From NCBI GenBank assembly GCA_965219445.1, contig CBDCNQ010000003.1, forward strand, positions 224,001 through 288,000: 64,000 nucleotides of DNA, written 5' to 3'. This document shows positions 1 through 10,388 of the stretch, in pieces. The notes beneath the pieces were generated by a model that was not told the DNA's origin, ran no database searches, and was given only the letters and a program-made list of their open reading frames with translations. The translations under genes and the position numbers were made by a program. Positions within the stretch are counted from its first letter, which is position 1. Every line of letters begins with the position of its first letter. The DNA is from Longimicrobiales bacterium. GTDB lineage: Bacteria; Gemmatimonadota; Gemmatimonadetes; Longimicrobiales; Gaopeijiaceae.

Positions 1-228
1 CAGCCCGCGCTGGCCTCCGGACAAAAGCGAAGCCATCGCCAGCGCGTAGAACAGTCCGGCGAGCAGCACGAGGGCGCGGAGCCCGGTCCACATCGACATG
101 TACTCCAGGCAGCCCCCAAGGACCGCTCCAAGGAGATTCGATCCCAGAGAAGCCGCCGGCTTCGCCGTTTTCTGCAACCGCGTGCTCACGATCACGCCAG
201 CGAACCCGATCGGCAGCCCCACCAAGGC
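1..228 (-). pseudogene. C-terminal fragment of a membrane protein resembling spermidine-synthase-like membrane proteins; runs off the window edge
   Basis: Minus frame reads ALVGLPIGFAGVIVSTRLQKTAKPAASLGSNLLGAVLGGCLEYMSMWTGLRALVLLAGLFYALA. Upstream the frame is non-homologous-looking and hits a stop near 436. Confidence 0.45.
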
Positions 229-526
229 TGGCGAGCCATCGGATGAAGGCGAGTTCGAGGGCGAGAAGGCCAAAGGTCCTCGGGCCGAAGAGGGCTCATT
301 ATCAGCCCCGGAGCTCTCGGTACGCCACCGACTGTTCAACACTAACAACCGAAGCCAGAACACCGTACAATTCTGTTTCGGCACAGGGTCAGGGTACACG
401 TCTCGCGCAGGTCTTGGGGTTGGGCCCATGTGCCCTTACTTTCTAACGGAAAATGATTGGCGGCGGGCAGCCGAGAGGGTCTCGGTGTGATCTGGAACGC
501 CACCCACAGATCGTAGAGGATTTCAC

Positions 527-952
527 ATGAAGCGTACTTCTCCCGCCTTTGCCGGGCTAGTTCTGGCATTCCTCGCTTGCGCTCGCGCCCCATCTATGTC
601 CGGGGGTATGGCTGACCCTGAGCGCGTTGCTGATGCTGTAAGTATTCCTGAGCCCGCGGCTTTTACTGATGAGATGGTCCGAGAGGGCCAACTGGTGTTC
701 TCGGGCGCCGGCATCTGTGCGGTCTGCCACGGCCCGGGTGGCGGTGGAGGCATCGGACCGGACCTAACGGACGCTGAGTGGCTTCTGGGCGACGGCGAGT
801 ACGAAGAGATCGTTGATCGGATCATGCAAGGAGTCTCGGCTTCCGAGGCCACGTTCCGCCGGGGCGCCACCATGCCTCCGAAAGGTGGGGCGGCCATCAC
901 GGACGCTCAGGTCGAGGCGGTCGCGGCCTATGTATATACGTTGAGTCACTGA
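527..952 (+). CDS. monoheme c-type cytochrome, probable lipoprotein
   Basis: CAVCH heme motif, GPDLTD..W segment, distal MP, lipobox-like FLAC, AGAGGA RBS. Confidence 0.9.
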   Translation: MKRTSPAFAGLVLAFLACARAPSMSGGMADPERVADAVSIPEPAAFTDEMVREGQLVFSGAGICAVCHGPGGGGGIGPDLTDAEWLLGDGEYEEIVDRIMQGVSASEATFRRGATMPPKGGAAITDAQVEAVAAYVYTLSH

Positions 953-994
953 GAACGAGTGCTCTCATGGACGCCTAGCCCGCTGCCTGCCCTC

Positions 995-1234
995 CTACCG
1001 CGATCCTGTAATAGAATCGTAGGCCCGGGCGCGCGCAGCGGCCTGATCGCTGGCGTTGAGTGCCCTCCCCACACCCCTCGCTCCTGGGATCGGAAGGTCC
1101 GCGATGATCTCATTCTTCTGCCGGCGTGTCAGGGTGTCGGCGGCATTGCTGGCACTGGCGTCACCCAAGGCGTCGCACCCGAGGGCAAGAATGGTCAGAG
1201 CCGCCAAAGCGGCCATCGAAACTCTCTTGTACAT
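995..1234 (-). CDS. small hypothetical lipoprotein
   Basis: Signal peptide with LALGC lipobox; GGAGG RBS. Confidence 0.7.
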   Translation of the reverse strand: MYKRVSMAALAALTILALGCDALGDASASNAADTLTRRQKNEIIADLPIPGARGVGRALNASDQAAARARAYDSITGSR

Positions 1235-1288
1235 GGTAAACCTCCAACGCGCTTCACCTCATAAGCCAGCGGCACGGAGGTACAGGAT

Positions 1289-1804
1289 CTAAGGCAGATC
1301 CCGCGGCCGGACAAACTCTTTCAGGCTTCCGCATCCGCTTTCGACGTCTTTCCAACGATCGACACGAAGCTCGATAATTGCCAGTCCCGCGGTTGGGAAC
1401 TTGGCCCTCATGAGGTGAACCCTCTCCGGTGGACCCTCGCCGGAAAGGGCAGCGGCCAGCATCCCTGTTCCCGGGTTATGGCTCACCAGGAGTACCGACT
1501 CCACCGTATCGGGCACAGACCGGACGAGATCGAGCATCTCACCCGGACCCGACAAGTAGAGCTCCTCCGAGAACTCGACCGCGGGCTCCGTCTCTAACTC
1601 GCAGAGCACGCCGTCCAGTGTCTGCCTTGTCCTTACGGCCGTGGAGCAGAGAACCAGATCAGGCAGATGACCCGCCTCCTTCATATGTGCCCCGATTCGG
1701 GGAGCGGCGGCACGGCCCCTTTTGTTGAGAGGGCGGTCATGGTCGGGGAGTGAGCTGTCGTCCCAGGACGACTTCGCGTGGCGAAGCATATAAAGCGTCT
1801 TCAT
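1289..1804 (-). CDS. sixA: SixA-like histidine phosphatase
   Basis: LRHAKS, DHDRPL, STAVRTRQT, SHNPG, FPTAG motifs. Confidence 0.9.
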   Translation of the reverse strand: MKTLYMLRHAKSSWDDSSLPDHDRPLNKRGRAAAPRIGAHMKEAGHLPDLVLCSTAVRTRQTLDGVLCELETEPAVEFSEELYLSGPGEMLDLVRSVPDTVESVLLVSHNPGTGMLAAALSGEGPPERVHLMRAKFPTAGLAIIELRVDRWKDVESGCGSLKEFVRPRDLP

Positions 1805-1906
1805 CGTGCCACCTATTCGGGATTTCTAAACATTTGACGGAAAGCGTGGTAGTATACGAATATCGTCCTCCGGGGCGACATCCCTTCGGAACCAGGAAGC
1901 TGATAC

Positions 1907-4033
1907 GTGGCAAAGGCCGCCGAGAAAGACCTCACCTCAATCGGGCTTCGGTCGCGGAAGCGGTTCATCAACCGGGAGCTTTCCTGGTTGGCGTTCAATG
2001 AGCGAGTGCTCGAAGAGGCGATGAATGAGCACCACCCCCTCCTCGAGCGTCTTCGGTTCCTTTCGATCTCCGGGACCAACCTGGACGAATTCTTCATCGT
2101 TCGGGTGGCAGGCCTCCGAGCCCAGGTCAGGGCCGGCGTAAGGTCGCTCAGCCAGGACGGCCGAACGCCCCTCCGGCAGTTCGGCCAGGTCAACAGCCGT
2201 GCGATCACGCTCATGGTCCGGCAACAGGAAACCTGGCAGGTGCTGAAGCGGGAGCTGGCCGAGCATGGGGTCACCGTGCTCCATCCGTCGGACCTCGATG
2301 AGAAGGCGCAGCTATGGCTCGATGATCACTTCAGTCACGAGATCTTCCCTGTCTTGACCCCGCTGGCTGCGGACCCAGCGCACCCGTTCCCGTTCATACC
2401 CAACGGCGGAATGAGTTTGGCGCTTTCGCTGCGGCGTGTCGACGACGGGGCCTCGATGTCGGCGCTGCTGCCCTTGCCGGGCCAGATGCCACGCTTCATC
2501 CGGCTACCGGGGAGGCCCAAAAAGGCCAACTTCGTGAAGGTCGAAGACGTGATCTGTCGGCACCTCGATGCACTGTTCCCCGGCTTCGAGGTCGAAGAGG
2601 TCGAGCACTTCAGAGTCCTCCGGGACTCGGATGTGGAAATCGAAGAAAAGGCGGAGGATCTGCTCCTCGAGTTCGAGTCCCTGGTAAGACGGCGGAGAAG
2701 AGGATCGGCTATCTCCCTCCGCGTATCGTCGTTCATGTCGAAGGAGATGAAGGACTCCATCATCGAGGAGTTGGATGTCCAGGAGGAGAACGTCTTCCAG
2801 GCCAGTAGTCTCCTGGGCATCGATGACCTGAAGCAGTTGATCGTATCGGAACGCTCGGACCTCCTGTTCGAACCCTTCGTGCCGCGTCTCCCCGAGCGCA
2901 TCCGGGATTTCGATGGGGATCACTTCGCCGCCATCCGGGCGAAGGATCTGCTGGTTCATCATCCGTACGAGAGCTTCGATGTGGTCGTCCAGTTCGTACG
3001 CCAGGCGGCGCGTGATCCGGATGTGGTGGCCATCAAACAGACGTTGTATCGCACGAGCGACGACTCATCGATCGTCCGGGACTTGATCGAAGCTGCCGAA
3101 TCCGGGAAGAACGTGACCGCCTTGGTCGAACTGAAGGCGCGCTTCGACGAAGAGGGGAATGTTCGGCTGGCGCGCAAGATGGAGGCGGCAGGGGTCCACG
3201 TGGTATACGGCGTTCTGGACCTGAAGACGCACGCCAAGATGGCATTGGTCGTTCGGCGCGAAGGGGGCGCGTTGCGCTCCTACGCACACTTCGGCACCGG
3301 GAATTATCACCCGGACAACGCGCTGGTGTACACCGACCTTTCCTATTTCACCTGCGACGAGGAGCTGTGCCGCGACGCTGCCCGCCTCTTCAATTTCACG
3401 ACCGGGTACGGCCGCCCCCGCGATTTGGACAAGCTGGTCGTCGCACCCTTCCATCTTCGGGACACCTTGATTCGCCTCGTCGACGAGGAAGTCGAGCACG
3501 CTGAGGCCGGTCGGCCGGCAACCATCTGGGCCAAACTCAACTCGCTCGTGGACGGCAAGATCATCGACGCCCTGTATCGGGCTTCTGGGGCGGGCGTCCA
3601 GATCCGTCTCGTGGTGAGAGGGATCTGCTGCCTCCGGCCGGGCATCCCCGGGCTATCGGACAACATCACAGTTCAGAGCGTGGTCGGGCGCTTCCTGGAG
3701 CATAGCCGCATCGTTTGCTTCGGCAGCGGGCATGCGCTGCCCTCGGCCCAGGCGAGGGTCTACATCTCGTCCGCCGACTGGATGCCCCGCAACCTCGATC
3801 GGAGGATTGAGCACCTGGTTCCCATCGAGAATCCTACCGTCCACCGACAAATTTTGGCGGAGATCATGGGAGCCAACCTCCAGGATAATTTGCAGAGCTG
3901 GGACCTCCAGCCGGATCGGACCTACCTGAGAAGTGAAGCCGGCGATGATCCTTTCGGAGCACACCGCTACTTCATGTCCAGCCCAAGTCTTTCAGGCCGG
4001 GGAACCGCGCTGAAAGACCAACCTCCGACGTAG
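1907..4033 (+). CDS. ppk1: polyphosphate kinase 1
   Basis: NRELSWLAFNERVL, HHPYESF, ELKARFDEE, KTHAK, GTGNY, SSADWMPRNLDRRIE. Confidence 0.98.
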   Translation: MAKAAEKDLTSIGLRSRKRFINRELSWLAFNERVLEEAMNEHHPLLERLRFLSISGTNLDEFFIVRVAGLRAQVRAGVRSLSQDGRTPLRQFGQVNSRAITLMVRQQETWQVLKRELAEHGVTVLHPSDLDEKAQLWLDDHFSHEIFPVLTPLAADPAHPFPFIPNGGMSLALSLRRVDDGASMSALLPLPGQMPRFIRLPGRPKKANFVKVEDVICRHLDALFPGFEVEEVEHFRVLRDSDVEIEEKAEDLLLEFESLVRRRRRGSAISLRVSSFMSKEMKDSIIEELDVQEENVFQASSLLGIDDLKQLIVSERSDLLFEPFVPRLPERIRDFDGDHFAAIRAKDLLVHHPYESFDVVVQFVRQAARDPDVVAIKQTLYRTSDDSSIVRDLIEAAESGKNVTALVELKARFDEEGNVRLARKMEAAGVHVVYGVLDLKTHAKMALVVRREGGALRSYAHFGTGNYHPDNALVYTDLSYFTCDEELCRDAARLFNFTTGYGRPRDLDKLVVAPFHLRDTLIRLVDEEVEHAEAGRPATIWAKLNSLVDGKIIDALYRASGAGVQIRLVVRGICCLRPGIPGLSDNITVQSVVGRFLEHSRIVCFGSGHALPSAQARVYISSADWMPRNLDRRIEHLVPIENPTVHRQILAEIMGANLQDNLQSWDLQPDRTYLRSEAGDDPFGAHRYFMSSPSLSGRGTALKDQPPT

Positions 4034-4062
4034 AAGCTCGACTTCTTCAACAGCCTTCAGGG

Positions 4063-4668
4063 TCAAACCCAGAACGCTAATTTGAGCCGCTCCCACACTC
4101 CGAGCGGCTCACCCGAGCCCGAGCAGGTAGCGGGATCTTCGCGCAGGTTGTACTCACCGGCGGTCGTTGCGACCTGATCGAAGCGACTCTCCCCCAATTC
4201 ACTCAGTGACTCCGAACCGAAGCTGATGAGGAGCCGGTCCTCGGAAGCGATCAGTTGATTGTGTGCCGAGGTGAGCGCTCTGCCATTGAGGACGTATGTA
4301 AAACGGCCGTCCTCTCCGTCGAAAATCCGGGTGCCATCATCCAGAATCAGGTACCCCTCACCGAGCCCGATCCCGAGGTTGCCGGCGAGATGCCCCCAGG
4401 TCGCTCCGAGATGGTGGACGTGGACCACGTCGTAGTTGCCCTCGTGCATGTGCACGCGTGACTGGGGCGTCACCTGGCCATCCACCGTATAGCAACTCGA
4501 AATCTCTTCCATATATCGCTGGTCCGAGAGATCCAAGTGCTCGCCATCGATATAGATGGCCCAGTTGGCATGAAAGTGAGTCGCCTCAGGGGGAGGAACG
4601 CCCAGGAAGCGCGCCACTCCGAGCGCCAAGACGCCGAGCGCCATACCGACCCACAGTCCTTTAGCCAT
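4063..4668 (-). CDS. membrane-anchored His-rich hypothetical protein, possibly metal binding
   Basis: N-terminal TM/signal from MAKGLW; HFHANW, HMHE, HVHH motifs and two Cys. Confidence 0.75.
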   Translation of the reverse strand: MAKGLWVGMALGVLALGVARFLGVPPPEATHFHANWAIYIDGEHLDLSDQRYMEEISSCYTVDGQVTPQSRVHMHEGNYDVVHVHHLGATWGHLAGNLGIGLGEGYLILDDGTRIFDGEDGRFTYVLNGRALTSAHNQLIASEDRLLISFGSESLSELGESRFDQVATTAGEYNLREDPATCSGSGEPLGVWERLKLAFWV

Positions 4669-4875
4669 TACCTTCCCCCGTGTCGCTCCCGCAGCTCGCG
4701 GTAGGCTACTGTAATATGATAGTGCGATGCCCAAGAAGTGTCTCGGCTATGGATCTCGCTGCGTTCGATCGTCTCGCGGTTGACTCGGCGCTCACGACGA
4801 GCATGAAGGTCGCTCGGCTCGAACACCGATGCATGGAACCCTGGAGTAGACCACCATCAGCATGAGTCCTTCGAA

Positions 4876-5790
4876 ATGAACTGGAGCACCGTGAGTAGCG
4901 AGGGCGCCCGCGACGAGCTGTCGCGTGCGATCTCGGCCCAGATCGTGCGTGCGACGGAGGCCTTGGAGGTGGGGACAGACCCGGCGTCTTCCGTGCACGA
5001 GGCACGCCGGGCGATCAAGCGTGCGCGAGCACTCCTCAAGCTGGCCGACCCGTGGCTGAGGAACTCGCACATCGATCACATGTTACGCGATGCGAGTCGA
5101 ATCCTCGCGGTGCTCCGAGATGCCGACGTAATGGTCCTGACCGCCGAAGGCATCCGTCAGGGCCCTGAGGCCGCTGAGCCGAACGTCGTCCCCGTACACC
5201 TGCTCGAGTCTTTGGAAGAGGAGAGGCGGCGGCTCTTCACCGAGTCGGGCTCAGCAGATGGACCACTCCCCGCAGCCAGTGAACTGCTGAGGTCGGTCGC
5301 GCCGGAAATCGGGGAACTGAGGGCACCCGAGATCACGGCCGGGCACGGGCCAACGGCCTTGAGCGGTGTGGAGCTCCTACGGTTCGGTCTCGGTACTTCG
5401 TACACGTCCGTTCAAGCACGATCCGATCCGACAGCGGGTGAGGGACCAGAGGACGAGCGATCTCACAAGCTCAGAAAGCGGGCCAAGGATCTACGTTATC
5501 AACTCGAGTTCCTGCACACCGGACAACCGAAACTCGGCCGGCTGGTCAGGGATCTCCACCATCTCACCGATCTCCTGGGCGATAGAAACGACCTGGCCAC
5601 ACTCTCGACTTACACGGCTTCTGCCGACGTATTGGGCGACATCGAGCGTGCAGCGTTGAAGGTCCATGTCGAGGGATTGAAGCAGACGCTCCGATCGGAG
5701 GCGGGGGCGCTGAGCGCCCGACTATTCGAGGAAGAGCCGGATTCGTTCGTTGCGCGAATCGAGGCGTGGGTGACCTCACCTCAGGGATAA
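4876..5790 (+). CDS. CHAD domain protein (polyphosphate binding)
   Basis: VHEARRAIKRARALL, LRDADV, HKLRKRAKDLRYQLE, LLGDRND. Confidence 0.9.
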   Translation: MNWSTVSSEGARDELSRAISAQIVRATEALEVGTDPASSVHEARRAIKRARALLKLADPWLRNSHIDHMLRDASRILAVLRDADVMVLTAEGIRQGPEAAEPNVVPVHLLESLEEERRRLFTESGSADGPLPAASELLRSVAPEIGELRAPEITAGHGPTALSGVELLRFGLGTSYTSVQARSDPTAGEGPEDERSHKLRKRAKDLRYQLEFLHTGQPKLGRLVRDLHHLTDLLGDRNDLATLSTYTASADVLGDIERAALKVHVEGLKQTLRSEAGALSARLFEEEPDSFVARIEAWVTSPQG

Positions 5791-6434
5791 AGGAGGCTCG
5801 CGGCCCAGCCTCCATCGACCCTCGTGAACAGAAGGCGATCGTGCAGCCGGTTCAGGCGTCCCTGCCAGAATTCGATGCGCTTGGGGATGAGGCGGTATCC
5901 TCCCCAAAAAGCGGGGGAAGGAACATCCTGGCCCTTGAAGCGCTGCTCGATCTCTATTCCCTCCCCCTCCAGCACCGAACGGCCCTCGAGTTCCTCACTC
6001 TGCCGGGACGTCCATGCACCGATCTGGCTTCCCCGGGATCGTGTGCGAAAGTACGCCGCAGATTCCTCGGAACCGACGCGCTCGACTGAACCCTCCACCC
6101 GGACCTGTCGCTCGAGCACCCGCCAGTACAACAGGAGGGAGGCGTTCGGATTCTCGTCCATTTCCTTGGCTTTGCGGCTCCCGTAGTTCGTGTAAAATAC
6201 GAATTCGTCCACGGCAAAGCTCTTGATAAGGACCATGCGAGACGAAGGAACGCCGTCCCGGTTGGCGGTCGCGAGGGAAGCCGCCTCCGGAAGGAGGATG
6301 CCAGACTCTTTCGCCTGTTCTAACCATTCACCGAACAGCTCTATGGGATCCCGGTCGGCGGTCGCCTCGGGCAACCCCTTCGTAACCCCCTGGCCCAGCG
6401 TGACAACGGACTTGATTGTTGATTTGATCGACAT
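5781..6434 (-). CDS. pdxH: pyridoxamine 5'-phosphate oxidase
   Basis: SRMVLIK, FYTNYGSRKA, RQVRVEG, EFWQGRLNRLHDR; start at MSIKST. Confidence 0.95.
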   Translation of the reverse strand: MSIKSTIKSVVTLGQGVTKGLPEATADRDPIELFGEWLEQAKESGILLPEAASLATANRDGVPSSRMVLIKSFAVDEFVFYTNYGSRKAKEMDENPNASLLLYWRVLERQVRVEGSVERVGSEESAAYFRTRSRGSQIGAWTSRQSEELEGRSVLEGEGIEIEQRFKGQDVPSPAFWGGYRLIPKRIEFWQGRLNRLHDRLLFTRVDGGWAASLLYP

Positions 6435-6459
6435 GAATGAACGGTAGCGATGATGGGAT

Positions 6460-7035
6460 TCACACGGTAGACGCCATAAGAGCCGCGCTCGCCGCCGCCA
6501 CCTCCCAGAGGGGCTTCGGGGCGTCAGGCGGGTCCCTTGGTTCCCGGAGGCGTAGGGCCCACCACTCCACGTCGTGCCACCGTGTGGCCTTGAACCCGAC
6601 GTCCTGGAGTACGCCCACCGGCTTGAAGCCGAACTGTTCATGAAGGGCCACACTTGCGTCGTTCGGCAGGGCGATGCCCGCGAGGGCGTTGACGAATCCC
6701 TGGATGCGTAGGATTCCGAGCAGAGACGTGTAGAGGGCACTCGCGACACCCTTCCGCTGGGCTTCGGGACGGACGTACGCAGCAACCTCGACGGACCACT
6801 GGTAAGCCGACCGTGACCGGAATTCGGTCGCATATGCGTAGCCCAAGACGTGTCCGGCCTCGTCACAGGCAAGCCACGGGTAACGCTCAAGCGTGTTGCG
6901 GATGCGACCGGCCATTTCCAGCCTGGAAGGCACCACCTCTTCGAAGGAAATGGCCGTATCCGCAACGATCGGCCCGTATATGTCCAGAATTTGCGCGGTG
7001 TCGGTCTCGGCAGCGAATCGAATCGTCTGAGCCAT
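6460..7035 (-). CDS. GNAT N-acetyltransferase, phosphinothricin/ArsN1-like
   Basis: TAISFEE, GYAYA..FRSRSAY, GIALPNDASVALHE, GFK..WHDV. Confidence 0.9.
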   Translation of the reverse strand: MAQTIRFAAETDTAQILDIYGPIVADTAISFEEVVPSRLEMAGRIRNTLERYPWLACDEAGHVLGYAYATEFRSRSAYQWSVEVAAYVRPEAQRKGVASALYTSLLGILRIQGFVNALAGIALPNDASVALHEQFGFKPVGVLQDVGFKATRWHDVEWWALRLREPRDPPDAPKPLWEVAAASAALMASTV

Positions 7036-7067
7036 GTGGCTAGTGTAGTGTCGGCCCAGACGCCGTA

Positions 7068-8162
7068 CTAGGGTCGGTCCAGACGCCGTGCCTCCCGAAA
7101 GCTGATGAGGCGCCTGGAATCGTCGTCCCAGAGGGAAAGCCGCAACATCTTGATCCCGTCCCAGATCGTAATCCGAGTCACGTGCTGGAGCTCAGGATTC
7201 TCATCCAGGCATTCTTGGAGCCGATAGTTCGGAATTCGAGCGCTGAGGTGGTGGACGTGATGGATACCGATACTGGCGGTGATCCACTGGAGAGGCTTGG
7301 GGAGTACTAAATGAGAACTACCCTCGAGGGCCGCGTCGAAGTAGGACCAGCCGGCGTGTTCGTACCAGTACGTATCTTCGAACTGGTGCTGTACGTAAAA
7401 GAGCCACACGCCGACCATGGTCGTGAACAGCAGCACGGGGAGGTGAACTAGCACGGCTGCCTTGAGGCCAATCGTCAGTCCCAACAGCCCGACGATCGCC
7501 AAAAGCACCGCATTCGTCTTCCAGACGCTGGCCCATTCTCGCTTCCATCGCCTCGGGATATCCCAGGGAAAGCGGTGCTTGAAGGCGAACACGAATAGTC
7601 CCCCCACGCCCAGAAGCACGAGCGGGTTTCGGTAGAGGCGATAACGGAGGCGCCCGAGAAAAGGCTTTTCCCGATACTCCGCTACGGTGATCGTGTCGAC
7701 GTCACCGAGGCCCCGGAAACCCAGGTCACCGGAGTGAGCGTGGTGATAGGCGTGTGTCTTACGCCAATACCGGTACGGCGTAAGGGTCACCACGCCGAGC
7801 CAGAAGCCAACGAGGTCCGCGACCTTTTGAGACTTGAAAAACGATCCGTGACCGCAGTCGTGTTGGATCAGGAAGAGGCGCATTACAAAGCCGGCGGTCG
7901 GCACGGCGAGGATCAAGGTGAGCCAATAACCGACCGAAAGGGCACGGTAGGCCGCGTACCAAAGGACGAAGAAGGGAGCCGCAGACGTGAAGATCTGGGT
8001 CAGACTACGACGAAGGTCTGAGGCGCCGTACGGCCCTAGAATCTGGTGCCACTCCTGCGAAGTCTGTTCGGAGGGCCCTCCAGAGATCAGATTCTTGTAG
8101 AACTGTCCGTCCTCATTCTGCCGTTCCGCGAGTTCCTCTGGCGACCCCTCGTTGCGACCCAT
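7068..8162 (-). CDS. membrane fatty acid desaturase (Des-like)
   Basis: His boxes HDCGH, HAYHH, HHVHH; FYVQHQF. Confidence 0.95.
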   Translation of the reverse strand: MGRNEGSPEELAERQNEDGQFYKNLISGGPSEQTSQEWHQILGPYGASDLRRSLTQIFTSAAPFFVLWYAAYRALSVGYWLTLILAVPTAGFVMRLFLIQHDCGHGSFFKSQKVADLVGFWLGVVTLTPYRYWRKTHAYHHAHSGDLGFRGLGDVDTITVAEYREKPFLGRLRYRLYRNPLVLLGVGGLFVFAFKHRFPWDIPRRWKREWASVWKTNAVLLAIVGLLGLTIGLKAAVLVHLPVLLFTTMVGVWLFYVQHQFEDTYWYEHAGWSYFDAALEGSSHLVLPKPLQWITASIGIHHVHHLSARIPNYRLQECLDENPELQHVTRITIWDGIKMLRLSLWDDDSRRLISFREARRLDRP

Positions 8163-8950
8163 CAGAACCCGACCCCGAGAGCTGCGGGAAGCGTCGCCAC
8201 CGAATCCAGAACGAGATCGGGGCGAGGCATACTGGGGGCGAGTGTCCCCTCTTGGAAGCTGCCGGTTTTCACCAGGATCGCCGCGGCATCACAGGCGTGC
8301 GCTCCCGCCACGTCCGTCCCGGGATCGTCTCCCACGACCGCCAGATGGAACAGTTCCACTCCCATCGACTCAGCAGCGGCTTGAAAAAACATGGCACTCG
8401 GCTTGCCCGCTAGCGTGGCTTCCCGCCCGGTAGCGTATTCCAGGGCCGTGACGAATGTGCCTGCGTCCAACGCCAATCCCTCACCTGTGTCCCAATATCG
8501 GTTCCGCTGTAACGCGACGAACTCGGCACCTTCCATGATGTGGCGGAACACTCCGTTGAGCCGAGCGAAGTCCCAGCCCTTGCCGAGATCCCCTACCACG
8601 ACGGCCTGGGGGGACGTCTCGTTGACTTTGAAATGCCCGAAGTCGGCATGGGCGGCCTCGGGGACGCACAGAGACAAGTTCCAGAGGCCTTTTTTTTCGA
8701 GCCAAGCCGCCGCGGCGAGAGGAGCGGTGAAGACCTCCTCGGGCTCCACTTCGAGCCCCATTTCTTTCAGGCGAGCCACCAGGGCCGTACGCGACATCCG
8801 CGTAGTGTTGGTGCCGAACCTCAAAGGCAGGCCGCCACGCCGCAGCGCATCCACGGCATCAGCCGCTCCTGGGACCAGCCGGTCGCCGATGAAAATCGTG
8901 CCGTCCAAATCGAGCAAGACGCCTTGGATGTCTTCGAGCGGCTCTGACAT
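8162..8950 (-). CDS. HAD IIA hydrolase, LHPP-like
   Basis: DLDGT, TNTT, GKPS, VGDD...D, LVKTG. Confidence 0.9.
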   Translation of the reverse strand: MSEPLEDIQGVLLDLDGTIFIGDRLVPGAADAVDALRRGGLPLRFGTNTTRMSRTALVARLKEMGLEVEPEEVFTAPLAAAAWLEKKGLWNLSLCVPEAAHADFGHFKVNETSPQAVVVGDLGKGWDFARLNGVFRHIMEGAEFVALQRNRYWDTGEGLALDAGTFVTALEYATGREATLAGKPSAMFFQAAAESMGVELFHLAVVGDDPGTDVAGAHACDAAAILVKTGSFQEGTLAPSMPRPDLVLDSVATLPAALGVGF

Positions 8951-9183
8951 TTACATGTCCTCTTCTGGAAAGCTGTTGAAGAAGTACATCGGTGGGCACC
9001 AGGCAAGAAATCCCCAGCGCCACCGTCCCGGGTTGTGTGGGTGTGGCATCCGGTGGCGGCAGCGGAAGGTAGGCTCGAAAGAAATCGAGGTCCATGGTGT
9101 TCGCCGATCGGCACTTTCGTTCACCTGATCGTTGCCGTAATCTCCCGACCCTCGGACCTGCTCTACCCACCGACGGGGGATTG

Positions 9184-9672
9184 ATGACGCCGATCATCCG
9201 GAGCGTGCTCACCGTCCTGGGTGCGTTCTTCGTCGTGGCCGTGCTCGTGGGACTGACCACGGCGCTCGCCGCAGAGCTCATCTTGGGATCCACGGGGCCC
9301 GGTGCCGAACCGACCGCGCCGTTCTTGGTCGTCAACCTGACCTACAGCGTGCTATACGCAATCGTCGGTGGGTATGTTGCCGCAACGGTGTCGGACCACT
9401 CCCCGCTCGCACACGCTGCCGCCCTCTCCGTGTTCATGATGCTACTCGGGCTGACCACGTGGGTGATCAACGGCGGCCAGCCGGCACCCGGACAGCCCGT
9501 CTGGTATCCGTGGGTGATCACCTTAGTCGTCCCGCCCACCGCCGTTCTCGGGGGCATCCTGGTTACACGGCGCACCCGCTCGCCGACGTATTTCAGCAGG
9601 CGAGCACGCGAATCGGCGGGGCCCCATCAGGAGACCGAGTCGGACGGCCCTGAACTCAAAGGTCGCTCCTGA
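9184..9672 (+). CDS. hypothetical 4-TM membrane protein
   Basis: Four hydrophobic segments, GGY and QP.WY motifs; GGGGGA RBS. Confidence 0.75.
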   Translation: MTPIIRSVLTVLGAFFVVAVLVGLTTALAAELILGSTGPGAEPTAPFLVVNLTYSVLYAIVGGYVAATVSDHSPLAHAAALSVFMMLLGLTTWVINGGQPAPGQPVWYPWVITLVVPPTAVLGGILVTRRTRSPTYFSRRARESAGPHQETESDGPELKGRS

Positions 9673-10150
9673 GTGTCCGGCTCCAAGGCGGCCGCCTCCC
9701 CTCCCCCTCATCGTCGACTTCATCCTGTGGGCTCTCGTCCCACTCTCCATAAGATTCTTCGCCGACCGAAGACCGCCCGGCCGCGCCGCGGATCTCGGTA
9801 AGAATCTCGTCGAGCCGTCGCTCTGCGACAGCGATCTCCGCCTTCACATCGTCCTCATTGCGCACCCGCCTCTCCAAATCGACGGTCAGCCAGTTGAGCC
9901 GCCGAACCACATCCAGAAGCTGCATGACCTCGGAACGGAGGACGCCAAATTGTCGATTACGGATCGAGCGGTCCGGCAGAGCGTTGAGCATTGCGGCGAT
10001 CCCCAATCCGTCGGCCGCGTAGATGATGGGAAACAGGAGGAGCGCGGCGACCAAAACTCTAATCCACGGGATGATGTCGATGTACATTGCCGCCGCCCCC
10101 AAAACGAGACTGAGGAAAAGGACGACCACATGTCGCAGCTTGAAAGTCAT
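9656..10150 (-). CDS. hypothetical membrane protein with coiled-coil and acidic tail
   Basis: Two N-terminal TMs; GAGG RBS. Confidence 0.7.
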   Translation of the reverse strand: MTFKLRHVVVLFLSLVLGAAAMYIDIIPWIRVLVAALLLFPIIYAADGLGIAAMLNALPDRSIRNRQFGVLRSEVMQLLDVVRRLNWLTVDLERRVRNEDDVKAEIAVAERRLDEILTEIRGAAGRSSVGEESYGEWDESPQDEVDDEGEGRRPPWSRTLRSDL

Positions 10151-10388
10151 GGACCTCGGGTCACCCCTGAGAGGGCTCCCAGTTAGTGTTTCTTCTCGCG
10201 GATTCCCGGTGAGGAATCCGAACGGAGTGACACTCTCTACCTTACTCGTGGAGCCCGTCTCACGCCAGAAAATATGTACGGTAAGAAAAACACCCTCGAG
10301 CCATGAGGCGGCGATATATTCGATCCAGCGACCCGAACTGAACGCTCGTACTTGTTTGAAAATCCATCAGCCCAGATGAGGTCAACCC

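Noticed and set aside
5781..6965. 394-aa extended PdxH or GNAT-PdxH fusion
   Set aside because: The extension overlaps the GNAT gene in another frame; PdxH starts at 6434.
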